In this document: piece after piece, positions 47,333 to 56,310 of the stretch
Position numbering within the stretch: the first letter of the stretch is position 1
Layout: each line of letters begins with the position of its first letter
Assembly (NCBI GenBank): GCA_049288625.1
Contig: JBAQIB010000033.1
Location: 50,890 to 114,889, forward strand
Origin: Terriglobales bacterium
Lineage (GTDB): Bacteria; Acidobacteriota; Terriglobia; Terriglobales; Acidobacteriaceae
DNA: 64,000 nucleotides
Direction: 5' to 3'
Program-made: the position numbers and the translations under genes
Notes under the pieces: generated by a model
What the model saw: only the letters and a program-made list of their open reading frames with translations
The model's database searches: none
Told to the model about the DNA's origin: nothing

Positions 47333-48037
47333 ATGACTCAAGATCCTCTTTTGAGGGTCGAAGGGTTGAGTAAGGTCTTTCGCTCAGGCGAAGCGGACTT
47401 GGTGCTCTTTGAAAATCTGTCTTTTCAGGTAGAAAAAGGAACGATGCTCGCAATCGTAGGGCAATCGGGTACCGGGAAGAGTACCTTGTTGCACATCCTG
47501 GGAGCTCTTGATCGTCCTTCTGCAGGTACCGTATACTGCGCGAATTCAAAGGTGAATGCGCTCTCTGAGGATGAAGCCGCCGACTTTCGTAACCGCGAAA
47601 TCGGCTATGTTTGGCAATTCCATTATCTACTGCCTGAATTCACTGCGCTCGAAAATGTTGCGATGCCTTTGCTAACCCGCGGGCAGGCGCTTGTGCCCGC
47701 GCAACAGGAAGCTTCGCGCTGGTTGCGCGAAGTGGGACTGGAGGCACGCGGACACCATCGTTCCGGTGAGCTTTCGGGAGGCGAGCAGCAGCGGCTTGCT
47801 CTGGCACGGGCTTTAATTACCCAGCCTCAGTTGCTGCTGGCCGATGAGCCGACGGGCGACCTGGACGGGAAAACCGCGGATGTGGTTTTTGAGCTGCTCG
47901 CAAGACTGCATCGCGAGCACCAGCTAACCTCTTTAATCGCCACCCACAACCTGGCATTCGCACGTCGGTGCCATAGAGTCCTGCGGCTGGATCGGGGCAG
48001 AATAGAAGAGGTGGCGCCGGAATCGCTTCCGGCGTGA
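47333..48037 (+). CDS. LolD-like ABC transporter ATP-binding protein
   Basis: GQSGTGKST Walker A, LSGGEQQR signature, LLLADEPTGDLD Walker B. FHYLLPEFTALENV is typical of LolD. Confidence 0.9.
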   Translation: MTQDPLLRVEGLSKVFRSGEADLVLFENLSFQVEKGTMLAIVGQSGTGKSTLLHILGALDRPSAGTVYCANSKVNALSEDEAADFRNREIGYVWQFHYLLPEFTALENVAMPLLTRGQALVPAQQEASRWLREVGLEARGHHRSGELSGGEQQRLALARALITQPQLLLADEPTGDLDGKTADVVFELLARLHREHQLTSLIATHNLAFARRCHRVLRLDRGRIEEVAPESLPA

Positions 48038-48205
48038 GGAAAGGCAGAGCGGTACCGAGTGCCCGGTGGACGACGGGATACCTGAAGGCGACTATCGCTT
48101 AGGAAATTCGGCGATAGAAATGCATAATTAGGGTACGGGTCAGGGGTTGGCGGAAGCGAGTTATCCGTCGGGAACTTTCGCGGGAACCCCAGGGGGACTA
48201 AGTAT

Positions 48206-50659
48206 ATGTTTGAACGCTACACGGAAAAAGCCAGGCGCGTAATCTTCTTCGCGCGCTACGAAGCCAGTCAGTTTGGCTCTCCTTATATTGAGACCGAACA
48301 CCTGCTGCTCGGACTGCTGCGCGAAGACAAAGCCCTGACCAATCGGTTCCTGCGCTCGCACGCCTCGGTCGAGTCGATCCGCAAGCAGATCGAAGGGCAC
48401 ACGACCATCCGCGAGAAGGTTTCGACATCCGTTGATCTTCCCCTGAGCAACGAATGCAAGCGCGTGCTCGCCTACGCAGCCGAAGAGGCGGAACGTCTTT
48501 CTCATAAACATATTGGCACTGAGCACCTGCTGTTGGGCCTGCTGCGGGAAGAAAAATGCTTTGCCGCCGAGATCCTGCATGAGCGCGGATTGCGGCTTTC
48601 CACGATCCGCGAAGAACTGGCCCGTACCAGCCAGGAAAAAGCGCAGCCGCAGCGCGGCGGAGGACAGCGCGAATCCTCATTGTTGAGCGAGTTTTCCCGC
48701 GACCTAACGCAGGCCGCCATGGACAGCCAGCTGGATCCGCTCGTAGGCCGGGAAGGCGAGGTCGAGCGCGTCGTGCAGATTCTCTGCCGCCGCACCAAGA
48801 ACAACCCAGTTCTGATCGGTGAGCCCGGCGTCGGCAAAACTGCCATCGTCGAAGGACTGGCGCAACGCATCGCTGACGGTGAAGTGCCGTCGTTCCTTGC
48901 CGACAAGCGCATCCTCGCTCTTGATCTTTCGTTAATCGTCGCCGGTACAAAATATCGCGGCCAGTTCGAAGAGCGCCTTAAGACCATCATGAAGGAGCTG
49001 ATGGAGAACCAGAATTCCATCATCTTCATCGACGAACTGCACACACTGGTAGGCGCAGGCAGCGCCGAAGGCTCTCTCGATGCGGCCAACATTCTTAAGC
49101 CGGCTTTGTCGCGCGGCGAGATTCAGTGCATCGGCGCAACCACGCCCGCCGAATATCGCAAATCGATTGAAAAAGATCGTTCGCTTGAACGCCGCTTTCA
49201 GGCCGTGAAAGTTCCGCCGCCAAACGAACTGGACGCCATCAAGATCCTGTTTGGAATCAAAGAGCGCTACGAGAAGTTTCACGCCGTCACCTACACTGAC
49301 GACGCTATCAACTTCTCCGTCTCGCATTCGAACCGCTACATCCCGGACCGTTTCCTGCCGGACAAGGCCATCGATCTGATCGACGAAGCGGGCGCGCGCG
49401 TCAAGCTGCGCCAGACCTCGCTGCCGGATGAGCTGACCGAAGTCCAGAAGCGCATCAAGTTCATCGTCCACCGCATGGAGAACGCCATCGCGAACCACGA
49501 GTTCGAGAAGGCGCGCTTCTACTCGGACGAGGAACGCAAGGAGCGCGAGAACCTGCGCGCCCTTCGCGAAAAATACCACCTCGATGAATCCTCCACCGGC
49601 GTAGTCGGTCGGGAGGACATCGAGGACGTGGTTAGCCGCTGGACCGGCGTGCCCATCACTTCGATTAAAGAGGAAGAAACGCAGAAGCTGTTGCGCATCG
49701 AAGAAGAACTGCACAAGCGCATCATCTCGCAGGATAAAGCGATCAGCGCCTTGGCTCGCGCCATTCGCCGCTCGCGGGCGGGATTGAAGAGCCCGAATCG
49801 CCCCATCGGCTCGTTCCTGTTTCTAGGCCCGACCGGCGTTGGCAAAACCGAAGTCGCGCGCACGCTCGCGCAGTTCATGTTCGGCAGCGAAAAAGCGCTC
49901 GTCCGCTTCGATATGTCGGAGTTCATGGAGAAGCACTCGGTCTCGAAGCTGATCGGCTCGCCTCCGGGATACGTGGGCTACGAAGAAGGCGGACAGCTCA
50001 CCGAACGCGTCAAGCGCGCACCGTATTCCGTCGTGCTGCTCGACGAAATCGAAAAGGCGCACCCGGATGTGTTCAACATCCTGCTGCAGGTATTTGAAGA
50101 CGGACAGCTTACCGACGGTCTCGGCAACACGGTCGATTTCAAGAACGTCATCATCATCATGACGTCGAACATCGGCGCTCGTCACCTGATGAAGCGCGAA
50201 GGCCTCGGCTTCCAGCATTCCAAGGACGAGATGGTCTCCGAGAAAGTCGAAGACCTGGTGAAGGGCGAGGTCAAGCGCACCTTCAACCCCGAGTTCCTGA
50301 ACCGCATCGACGAAGTCATTCTGTTCCTGGCGCTCGGCGAGAACGATCTGATCCAGATCCTCGAACTGATGGTCAGCCAGCTCAACCAGAACCTAGCCCA
50401 GCGCTCGATCACAGTAACAGTGGCCGACGAAGCCAAGAAGTGGATCCTGAACCAGACGCTAACCGACCGCAGCTACGGAGCCCGTCCGCTCCGCCGCGCA
50501 CTGCAGAAGTACATCGAAGACCCGCTGTCGGAAGCGCTGATCCAGGGCACAATCACCACCAGGCCAGCATTCATCGAGGTCTTCCTCGAAGACAACAAGC
50601 TGTACTACCGCCCAGTAGACGCCGAGAAAGCAGAGGGCGTGCTGCTGTACGAAAGTTAG
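48206..50659 (+). CDS. clpC: ATP-dependent Clp protease ATP-binding subunit ClpC
   Basis: 817 aa. Double Clp_N repeat, two AAA+ modules ([16 protein letters not shown]), UVR-like linker ([15 protein letters not shown]). Confidence 0.96.
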   Translation: MFERYTEKARRVIFFARYEASQFGSPYIETEHLLLGLLREDKALTNRFLRSHASVESIRKQIEGHTTIREKVSTSVDLPLSNECKRVLAYAAEEAERLSHKHIGTEHLLLGLLREEKCFAAEILHERGLRLSTIREELARTSQEKAQPQRGGGQRESSLLSEFSRDLTQAAMDSQLDPLVGREGEVERVVQILCRRTKNNPVLIGEPGVGKTAIVEGLAQRIADGEVPSFLADKRILALDLSLIVAGTKYRGQFEERLKTIMKELMENQNSIIFIDELHTLVGAGSAEGSLDAANILKPALSRGEIQCIGATTPAEYRKSIEKDRSLERRFQAVKVPPPNELDAIKILFGIKERYEKFHAVTYTDDAINFSVSHSNRYIPDRFLPDKAIDLIDEAGARVKLRQTSLPDELTEVQKRIKFIVHRMENAIANHEFEKARFYSDEERKERENLRALREKYHLDESSTGVVGREDIEDVVSRWTGVPITSIKEEETQKLLRIEEELHKRIISQDKAISALARAIRRSRAGLKSPNRPIGSFLFLGPTGVGKTEVARTLAQFMFGSEKALVRFDMSEFMEKHSVSKLIGSPPGYVGYEEGGQLTERVKRAPYSVVLLDEIEKAHPDVFNILLQVFEDGQLTDGLGNTVDFKNVIIIMTSNIGARHLMKREGLGFQHSKDEMVSEKVEDLVKGEVKRTFNPEFLNRIDEVILFLALGENDLIQILELMVSQLNQNLAQRSITVTVADEAKKWILNQTLTDRSYGARPLRRALQKYIEDPLSEALIQGTITTRPAFIEVFLEDNKLYYRPVDAEKAEGVLLYES

Positions 50660-50682
50660 TTCTCTGTTGTCAGTTCTCAGAG

Positions 50683-50708
50683 GCCGCCAGCGAAAACTGG
50701 CGGCTTTT
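50683..50708 (+). terminator. Rho-independent terminator after clpC
   Basis: gccgccag-cgaaaa-ctggcggc followed by TTTT. Confidence 0.75.
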
Positions 50709-50717
50709 GCTTGTGTA

Positions 50718-50792
50718 GGGCGGGCGCTCTCGCCCGCCCGAGGTCTGCGTAGGGACAACCGCCTCGGTTGTCCCAGCCGAGTAAAGCTCGGC
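50718..50792. repeat. cluster of three consecutive GC hairpins (BIME/REP-like)
   Basis: gggcgggcg-ctct-cgcccgccc, gggacaacc-gcctc-ggttgtccc and gccgag-taaag-ctcggc. Confidence 0.75.
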
Positions 50793-50811
50793 GGGCGAAG
50801 CCCCTTCTTCC

Positions 50812-51033
50812 CTACTTCAAAATGCCAACGGTCTGGTCACGCTGCCGAACGGCAGATACCTCGGGGTTCGCCGCCTTGACTCGCACGATGATGTCGCCAC
50901 CTTCCCGAAATCGCGCACCGTACTCCGCGGCTGAGCTGCGCAAGATGAAAGGCTCTCGGTTTATTCCTGTAAAGGGTTCCCCTTCGTAGGTGTACGCATA
51001 AGTGACTTCAGCGAGTGGCCCCATGCGGGGCAA
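50812..51033 (-). pseudogene. DUF3592-like C-terminal fragment lacking the N-terminal TM helices
   Basis: EVTYAYTYEGEPFTG...GARFREGGDIIVRVKAANPEVSAV fits the recalled DUF3592 pattern. The upstream frame hits TAA 9 codons before the TTG start and shows no hydrophobic segment. Confidence 0.35.
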
Positions 51034-51159
51034 GGATGAGGTCCAAGAGCCATTCCACCATTACCAGTCTCCGCGATTGGGCATGATTGTAACCCGCTGG
51101 TTGCCGAATGCTTTCGCGCTTTCGTGCTAATTGTAAGGCTTCAACGATTCCCTAACTCC

Positions 51160-51615
51160 CTAATCCCCCGCCGCAGTTTCCTTCCGCCGCGGCCTTCCGC
51201 CTTTCCGCCCATTCGCCCGCGCCGCTCTCTTCTTCGCAGCGCTTCTCACCGAGCCCCCACGTTGCCCGATTTTCGCCATCCAAAGCTTGTTGCCGTAAAT
51301 TCCGTGAAGCAACGCTGGAACGTAGACGTCGGCATCGAGATCGGGCCAATGAAGGCCGGTTCCGCCTCCAACGATCCAGATCCGCGACAACTACTCGGGC
51401 GTGCCCGACTGTAATCCCTGCAAGTCCTCCCGAGGAATCGCGAGCCGGCTCCCGTCAGTCAACTTCACCACGAATAAGTCCAGTCACGGGTCCGCCTTGT
51501 ATTCCACTTCGCTGGCGAGGGGTTCCTCCCGAAGCTTCCTGGCTCGCTCAATCGCGCGTTTGAAATCGGCATCAGTGAAACCGACCTTGTGCCGCACCGT
51601 CTCGTGCTTTTTCAT
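51160..51615 (-). pseudogene. DUF2442-like gene with two in-frame stop codons
   Basis: A single frame of 152 codons from ATG 51615, with TGA at 51486..51484 and TAG at 51393..51391 inside one continuous domain-like sequence. Confidence 0.7.
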
Positions 51616-51983
51616 GGGTAGCCTCTCACACCCTTTTTTCCATGTACCGTCGCCCCTAAGTCCATGCTTATGAATATTTTACGTCTAAGTCCTTATTCCT
51701 CAAAGATCTGGCGCCGGCCACCGCTAAATCTTTGATTCCAAAAGACCACGCCAGGAGGGGTCCCCGAAAACTAGGCACCTCGAAGCTGCTCGTCGCCAAG
51801 GACAATCCTCACCACAGCCAAAAGCAGAGAGCCGATAGCATAGATCTGAGAACTGAAAGCAGCAATCCACAATTGACCCTCAACCCGACTTATGTTTTAC
51901 TGCTCTTAATCGGGGCTGGCTCAACGCTAGTTGCTTTGGCACGACGTACCAAGAATTTTGGGGCGTGAGACCGAGGTGATTCG

Positions 51984-53009
51984 ATGCAGTCCAGCTCTGC
52001 GGTATCTCTGCGTGTAGTGTCTCTCCTGTGTTTCGTTTCCCTTCTAACTCTTTGTGCCAGTGCGCATGACCAAATCCTGCCCGCTGGAACGCTTCTGCAA
52101 TGCACGCTTAACGAACCCAACTTCTCTTCGGCGTCGGTCGCGGTCGGCGATCCGGTGCTGTGCCACCTTCGCTCCGTGACCGAATTCGGCCGCCAAGTCA
52201 TCCCGCGCGGAAGCTACTTGGTCGGCCATCTCGAGGCGTCGCAGGATCCTGGCCATTTCTGGGGCAAAGGGTATATGAAGCTCGTGTTCGACCGCCTCGG
52301 AATGCCGCAGGGCGACATGCCGCTCGACGCGAAAGTCATCGCAACGCGCGGCTACAAGGTCGATAAGTATGGCGACATCGACGGCAAAGGCCACGCCAAG
52401 CGCGACATCGTCGAGTGGATGATTCCGCCGCTCTGGCCGTGGAAGATCATCATGCTGCCGGCGCGCGGCCCGCGTCCTACGCTGAAGGGGGAAAGCGTGC
52501 TCTCGCTGCGCTTGATGGACGATGTGCAACTGCCCCAAGTCGCCCAGACCTTGGGCCCCGACTGGCATTTCTTCGGCCCGCGTCCGCAGAACGACGCGCA
52601 ATACCAGAACGACGCCTATTACGGCTCGCTGAATAACAGCGCTGGCCCGCGTCTGGCTGTGCGCCGTGTGAGCCCCAGTGAGCCGCCGGTTGCAGAGGAA
52701 ATGCCCGCTATCACGTATGCCACCTACAACCCAGGCTCAACAACCGCCAAGCTGGCGAGCACTAGCCCGCGCATTGCCGGCACTTCACCCGGAGTGCCCG
52801 TCTTCGTGCTGAAGACCGGGATGGTTCTGGCGGTGGGTAACTACACCTATCAGGACGCGCGCATCAGTTATGAACTGGCCAGCGGCGGCAACGGTGTCAT
52901 CTCGACCGAGGAAGTCGACTGGACGACAACCACGCAGGTAAACCTGCAGCGCGGCGTGCGAGTATCGCTGCCCGGCGGCCATTCAAGCACGGCAGTACCA
53001 GGCCTCTAG
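51984..53009 (+). CDS. exported protein with a TrbI/VirB10-like beta-barrel pattern (tentative)
   Basis: Signal peptide, then LPAGTLLQCTLNEPNFSS...GDPVLCHL...VIPRGSYLVGHL...KLVFDRLGMPQGD, resembling the TrbI core pattern. Confidence 0.55.
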   Translation: MQSSSAVSLRVVSLLCFVSLLTLCASAHDQILPAGTLLQCTLNEPNFSSASVAVGDPVLCHLRSVTEFGRQVIPRGSYLVGHLEASQDPGHFWGKGYMKLVFDRLGMPQGDMPLDAKVIATRGYKVDKYGDIDGKGHAKRDIVEWMIPPLWPWKIIMLPARGPRPTLKGESVLSLRLMDDVQLPQVAQTLGPDWHFFGPRPQNDAQYQNDAYYGSLNNSAGPRLAVRRVSPSEPPVAEEMPAITYATYNPGSTTAKLASTSPRIAGTSPGVPVFVLKTGMVLAVGNYTYQDARISYELASGGNGVISTEEVDWTTTTQVNLQRGVRVSLPGGHSSTAVPGL

Positions 53010-53033
53010 TAGAGACGCGGCAAGCCGTGTCTC
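53010..53033 (+). terminator. stop-adjacent GC hairpin (TAGAGACGCGGCAAGCCGTGTCTC), same family as 21815
   Basis: Begins one base after the TAG stop. No U-tract. Confidence 0.45.
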
Positions 53034-53115
53034 GGAAGCAACGGCGGCACCACATAGGTGCACAAAGTGAGACTGGGGAAGTTCTGACTCTCGGTACGCC
53101 CGAAATCTTGGCACG

Positions 53116-53153
53116 AAGAAGCCGCCAGTGTATGGTGGCGGCTTCTTTTCTTT
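53116..53153 (+). terminator. strong Rho-independent terminator
   Basis: 12-bp stem aagaagccgcca / tggcggcttctt, 8-nt loop, then TTCTTTG. Confidence 0.7.
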
Positions 53154-53213
53154 GCGACTCTGCGACCAAACCTCCATCCAAATAAGCGCACAATTTCACT
53201 CTTCGGGGTCGCC

Positions 53214-53573
53214 ATGTCCAAAGTCAACATCGCCCAGAAGTTCGCCGCCATTCACGAGTTCTACAATCCCCGCATCGCCGCCGAACTCAACGGACAATAT
53301 GTAAAACTCGTCAAGTTCGATAGCCCGTTCGTCTTTCACCATCACGACAACGAAGACGAAATGTTCCTGGTTGTAAAAGGCCGATTCCGCATGGAATTTC
53401 GCGATCGCCAAGAGTGGATCGAAGAAGGCGAATTCATCGTCATACCTCGCGGCGTCGAACACCGCCCCGTTGCCGAGCAAGAGTGCTGGGTCGTGCTCTT
53501 CGAACCGGCTTCGACTCTGAATACTGGCAACGTGGAGAACGAGCGCACAGTGCATGAGTTGGAGCGAGTGTAG
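53214..53573 (+). CDS. cupin-domain protein
   Basis: 119 aa. HHHDNEDEMFLVVKG...IVIPRGVEHRP two-motif cupin pattern. Confidence 0.8.
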   Translation: MSKVNIAQKFAAIHEFYNPRIAAELNGQYVKLVKFDSPFVFHHHDNEDEMFLVVKGRFRMEFRDRQEWIEEGEFIVIPRGVEHRPVAEQECWVVLFEPASTLNTGNVENERTVHELERV

Positions 53574-53631
53574 TACGCTCGTAACCGCAGGCTTGCCACT
53601 CATACCAGCGCTAACGCATCTACTTCCGGAC

Positions 53632-53895
53632 ATGCAACTAACCGTCTATTCCGCGCCCTGGTGCCCGGATTGCCGCGAGGCCAAACGTTTCCTTGACCGG
53701 TACAAGATTCCGTACACCGATATCAACATCGAAACCACGCCCGGCGCAGCCGACGAGGTGGTCCGCCGAACTGGCAAGCGCGCCATTCCCCAGTTCGTCG
53801 TCGATGGAGAATGGGTGCAGCCCTACAGACCTGGCGAGGGATTTCTCTACGACGCGATGGCAAAACGTCTGGGAGTCGAGGGATTGAGTGATTGA
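53632..53895 (+). CDS. glutaredoxin/NrdH-like small redoxin
   Basis: MQLTVYSAPWCPDCREAKRFL... with a CPDC active site and a later IPQFVV block. Confidence 0.8.
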   Translation: MQLTVYSAPWCPDCREAKRFLDRYKIPYTDINIETTPGAADEVVRRTGKRAIPQFVVDGEWVQPYRPGEGFLYDAMAKRLGVEGLSD

Positions 53896-53941
53896 GCCGT
53901 TAATCCCTGTAGCGAAGCGCGACCGGTTCCCCGCAAACATG

Positions 53942-53969
53942 GGAGGCCGAGAGAATTCCCTCGGCCTCC
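53942..53969. terminator. 10-bp hairpin between convergent genes (ggaggccgag-N8-ctcggcctcc)
   Basis: Read directly. Lies between the redoxin gene (+) and the secreted-protein gene (-). Confidence 0.55.
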
Positions 53970-54002
53970 GCAAGTCAAACATCAGCCGCCACGGCGAGTG
54001 CC

Positions 54003-54980
54003 TTAATTCGATTCGGTGAACTCGATATAGGGCGAGGAGCCACCTGTGCCGGAGCAACTACCCAAATTCAAGTTGTTGGTCTCCGCCGTCGTTCCCGCAT
54101 CTGACGCGCATGTCGGGGTATCCTTGGTTTTGTTCGACACCGCAACCTTCACCGTCACGTGCGAACCCGAGTTAAAAGTGGCCTCCGAACCGTCGCCGTC
54201 GCCGATTATGTTGAACTCAGACTCCGTCCAGGCGGTCGCAAGATCGACCACGCTATCGGACCCTGTGGTGCTGTAAGCCTGCGTTCCCACAGTGAACACC
54301 AGCGTGTCTATACCGCCCTTCTTCGCTGCACCCGATAGCTTGAGCGTCTTGAGCTTGGTGATCGCTTCCTGAGGCACGGACACGCCATTGCTGTTCGTGT
54401 AGCAATCCTTGCTGTAGCTGAACCACCCGTTGGGGCATGTTTTGTTGTAATTGATCAGCCAATACTGCATGAATGCTACGTCGTAGCCCGATGCATAGAC
54501 GAATTGCTCCCAATCCAGGCACTTCGCGGGGTCGCTGGCGCCATTGCAAGCCGGCGTGTTCATGAAGTTGGAATTGAGCTGCAGGGAGTAATCATTCGCG
54601 CCGCCCAAGCCCGTTTCCGTCTTCACTCCCGTGACCTTGGGGAACGAGCCGACTGTTTTGCTGATCAGCCCAGTTGTGACTTCGGCGGCATAATCGTTGC
54701 CGTCGCCTACGGTTTGACTGATCCGCCCGCTTCGCGGCAAGAACGGGACGTTGGGCGCGACTGCGCATTCGACGTTGTTCCACGTCAGGCTCGGATAAGA
54801 GGCTTGAAAGCATCCCTCCGCAGGCACCTCGGTCTGCGTGATGGCTTCGCGCCAGATCTCCTGGTTACGGGCTTCCGCGTTATTGACCGCGTCCTGGGCG
54901 AAAGCTGAGAGCGACGCGCTAAGAACACCGGCCGCGATCGCGATGCGGACCATTCGAGGCAAATGAATCACTTGTTTCAT
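54003..54980 (-). CDS. exported Cys-containing hypothetical protein (325 aa)
   Basis: GGGGAGA Shine-Dalgarno before ATG 54980, signal peptide MVRIAIAAGVLSASLSAFAQ. No family recognised. Confidence 0.6.
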   Translation of the reverse strand: MKQVIHLPRMVRIAIAAGVLSASLSAFAQDAVNNAEARNQEIWREAITQTEVPAEGCFQASYPSLTWNNVECAVAPNVPFLPRSGRISQTVGDGNDYAAEVTTGLISKTVGSFPKVTGVKTETGLGGANDYSLQLNSNFMNTPACNGASDPAKCLDWEQFVYASGYDVAFMQYWLINYNKTCPNGWFSYSKDCYTNSNGVSVPQEAITKLKTLKLSGAAKKGGIDTLVFTVGTQAYSTTGSDSVVDLATAWTESEFNIIGDGDGSEATFNSGSHVTVKVAVSNKTKDTPTCASDAGTTAETNNLNLGSCSGTGGSSPYIEFTESN

Positions 54981-55272
54981 AGTTCTCCCCCTTTGGAGAT
55001 TTTGTTGGACGCAAGAATTCCGGCTTGGCTCGAGGCCCGTCGGCGACGCGTGGGTTTCGCACGCAAAGATCAGCAAATTCTACCCTCAATGATTCGACAG
55101 CTCAATGACTTAATGATCCAGCAATCCCATCCCCCAAAGGTCACCGGTTACCTTCGTTGACCGCCGCCGACCCGACTTCTGTACCCTACCCGCCCCCGTC
55201 CGTTTCCGGCAGGATAGTACTTCCACCCGGAATCTCCCTCCTCGCCGGGCTTGACTGTCCATTCCCATACGA

Positions 55273-56238
55273 ATGTTTGAAACCGAGAATAAAGACGAAC
55301 CGGTTCTGGAGCTTTGGCCGCGATTTGTGCAAGGCCTGTTGGGCGTGCTGGCCTTGGTCGGTGCCTTGCTCATGGCGCATTACTACGCTCCTCCGCCGCC
55401 GGAGGAAACTAGCGCCCTTGAGCAACAGGTTCACCAGCTCTCCCGCCAGGTAGAGCAGTTGGAGCGGGAACAATCTTTCTCGGCAGCCACCGTGGATGAG
55501 GCCCGAGATTCCGTGGCCTACATCTACGGGATCTACCATGTCGCAGGCAAAGGACACTTCCGCGCACGCGTTGCCGGCACTGGTTTCGTGGTAGCGCAAG
55601 GTTTGGTCGCCACCAATCGGCACGTAGCCCAGCCCTGGTTTGGAGATCGCGAGGTCACCGCGGCCCTTGGCCCCGGGCAATCTCCGGTGCTCGAAAAGCT
55701 GGTCGCCTACTTCCCCGGCTCGCCGCTACCGGTTGCGCTCCAGCCCGTGGTGCTCGCCGAGCACGGAGATCTGGCCATCCTCCACATGGAGACGACCGCC
55801 TTCACGGAAAAGCTGCGTCCCCTGGCTCTCGCCTCAAAGCCACCTCGCGTAGGTGAATCGGTGAGCGTGCTAGCGTATCCCATGGGAGTGACCGGCATGG
55901 TCGCGAAATCGCCGGCGATCGTCTACGAGCGGCTCTCATCGCATCCCGATGACGCCGACACGGCGGGCGAACTGGCCGCGCTCTCGCTCATTCGTCCCTC
56001 AGCTACATTTGGCCACATCGGCGACGTCAGCGGAGACAAGCTAATTTACGATGCCCCCACGGCACGCGGCGGCAGCGGTGGACCGGTCCTGAACCAGCGG
56101 GGTGAAGTAGTTGGGATCAACTCCGCCTACATTGACGGCTTCTCCGGAGGCACCTTGGGCGTCACCGCCAACGACCTGCCTCCCCTGATCGAAAGCGCCA
56201 AGCGGGTGATTCTCCGCGCGCCTGCGCCCACCAAATAG
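55273..56238 (+). CDS. membrane-anchored trypsin-like (S1/S1C) serine protease
   Basis: N-terminal TM plus a short coiled coil. Triad context ATNRHV (His), GDLAIL (Asp), GGSGGPV (Ser). Confidence 0.8.
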   Translation: MFETENKDEPVLELWPRFVQGLLGVLALVGALLMAHYYAPPPPEETSALEQQVHQLSRQVEQLEREQSFSAATVDEARDSVAYIYGIYHVAGKGHFRARVAGTGFVVAQGLVATNRHVAQPWFGDREVTAALGPGQSPVLEKLVAYFPGSPLPVALQPVVLAEHGDLAILHMETTAFTEKLRPLALASKPPRVGESVSVLAYPMGVTGMVAKSPAIVYERLSSHPDDADTAGELAALSLIRPSATFGHIGDVSGDKLIYDAPTARGGSGGPVLNQRGEVVGINSAYIDGFSGGTLGVTANDLPPLIESAKRVILRAPAPTK

Positions 56239-56278
56239 CCCGTGGGATCCAGGCGAGTTGCGTCGCCAACAACAGTCT

Positions 56279-56310
56279 TTGTCATCCGAGCGATCCTGAG
56301 CGAGAGCTGC
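56279..56310. repeat. left-arm copy of the TTGTCAT(T)CCGAG repeat family
   Basis: ttgtcatccgagcgatcctgagcgagagctgc. Confidence 0.5.

Noticed and set aside
51391-51486. Reading the TGA and TAG in the DUF2442-like gene as selenocysteine and pyrrolysine
   Set aside because: No SECIS-like hairpin follows the TGA. No sel or pyl genes are in view. The expected residues at these positions are ordinary (for example Gln in TPEQL). Nonsense mutation is the simpler explanation.
53204-53214. 11-nt match (CGGGGTCGCCA) to the 3' end of tRNA-Arg (35306-35316), which could mark an attR of an island integrated at the tRNA
   Set aside because: The enclosed 18 kb carries core genes (ychF, lolE/lolD, clpC) and no integrase. 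The match is short enough to be chance in GC-rich DNA.
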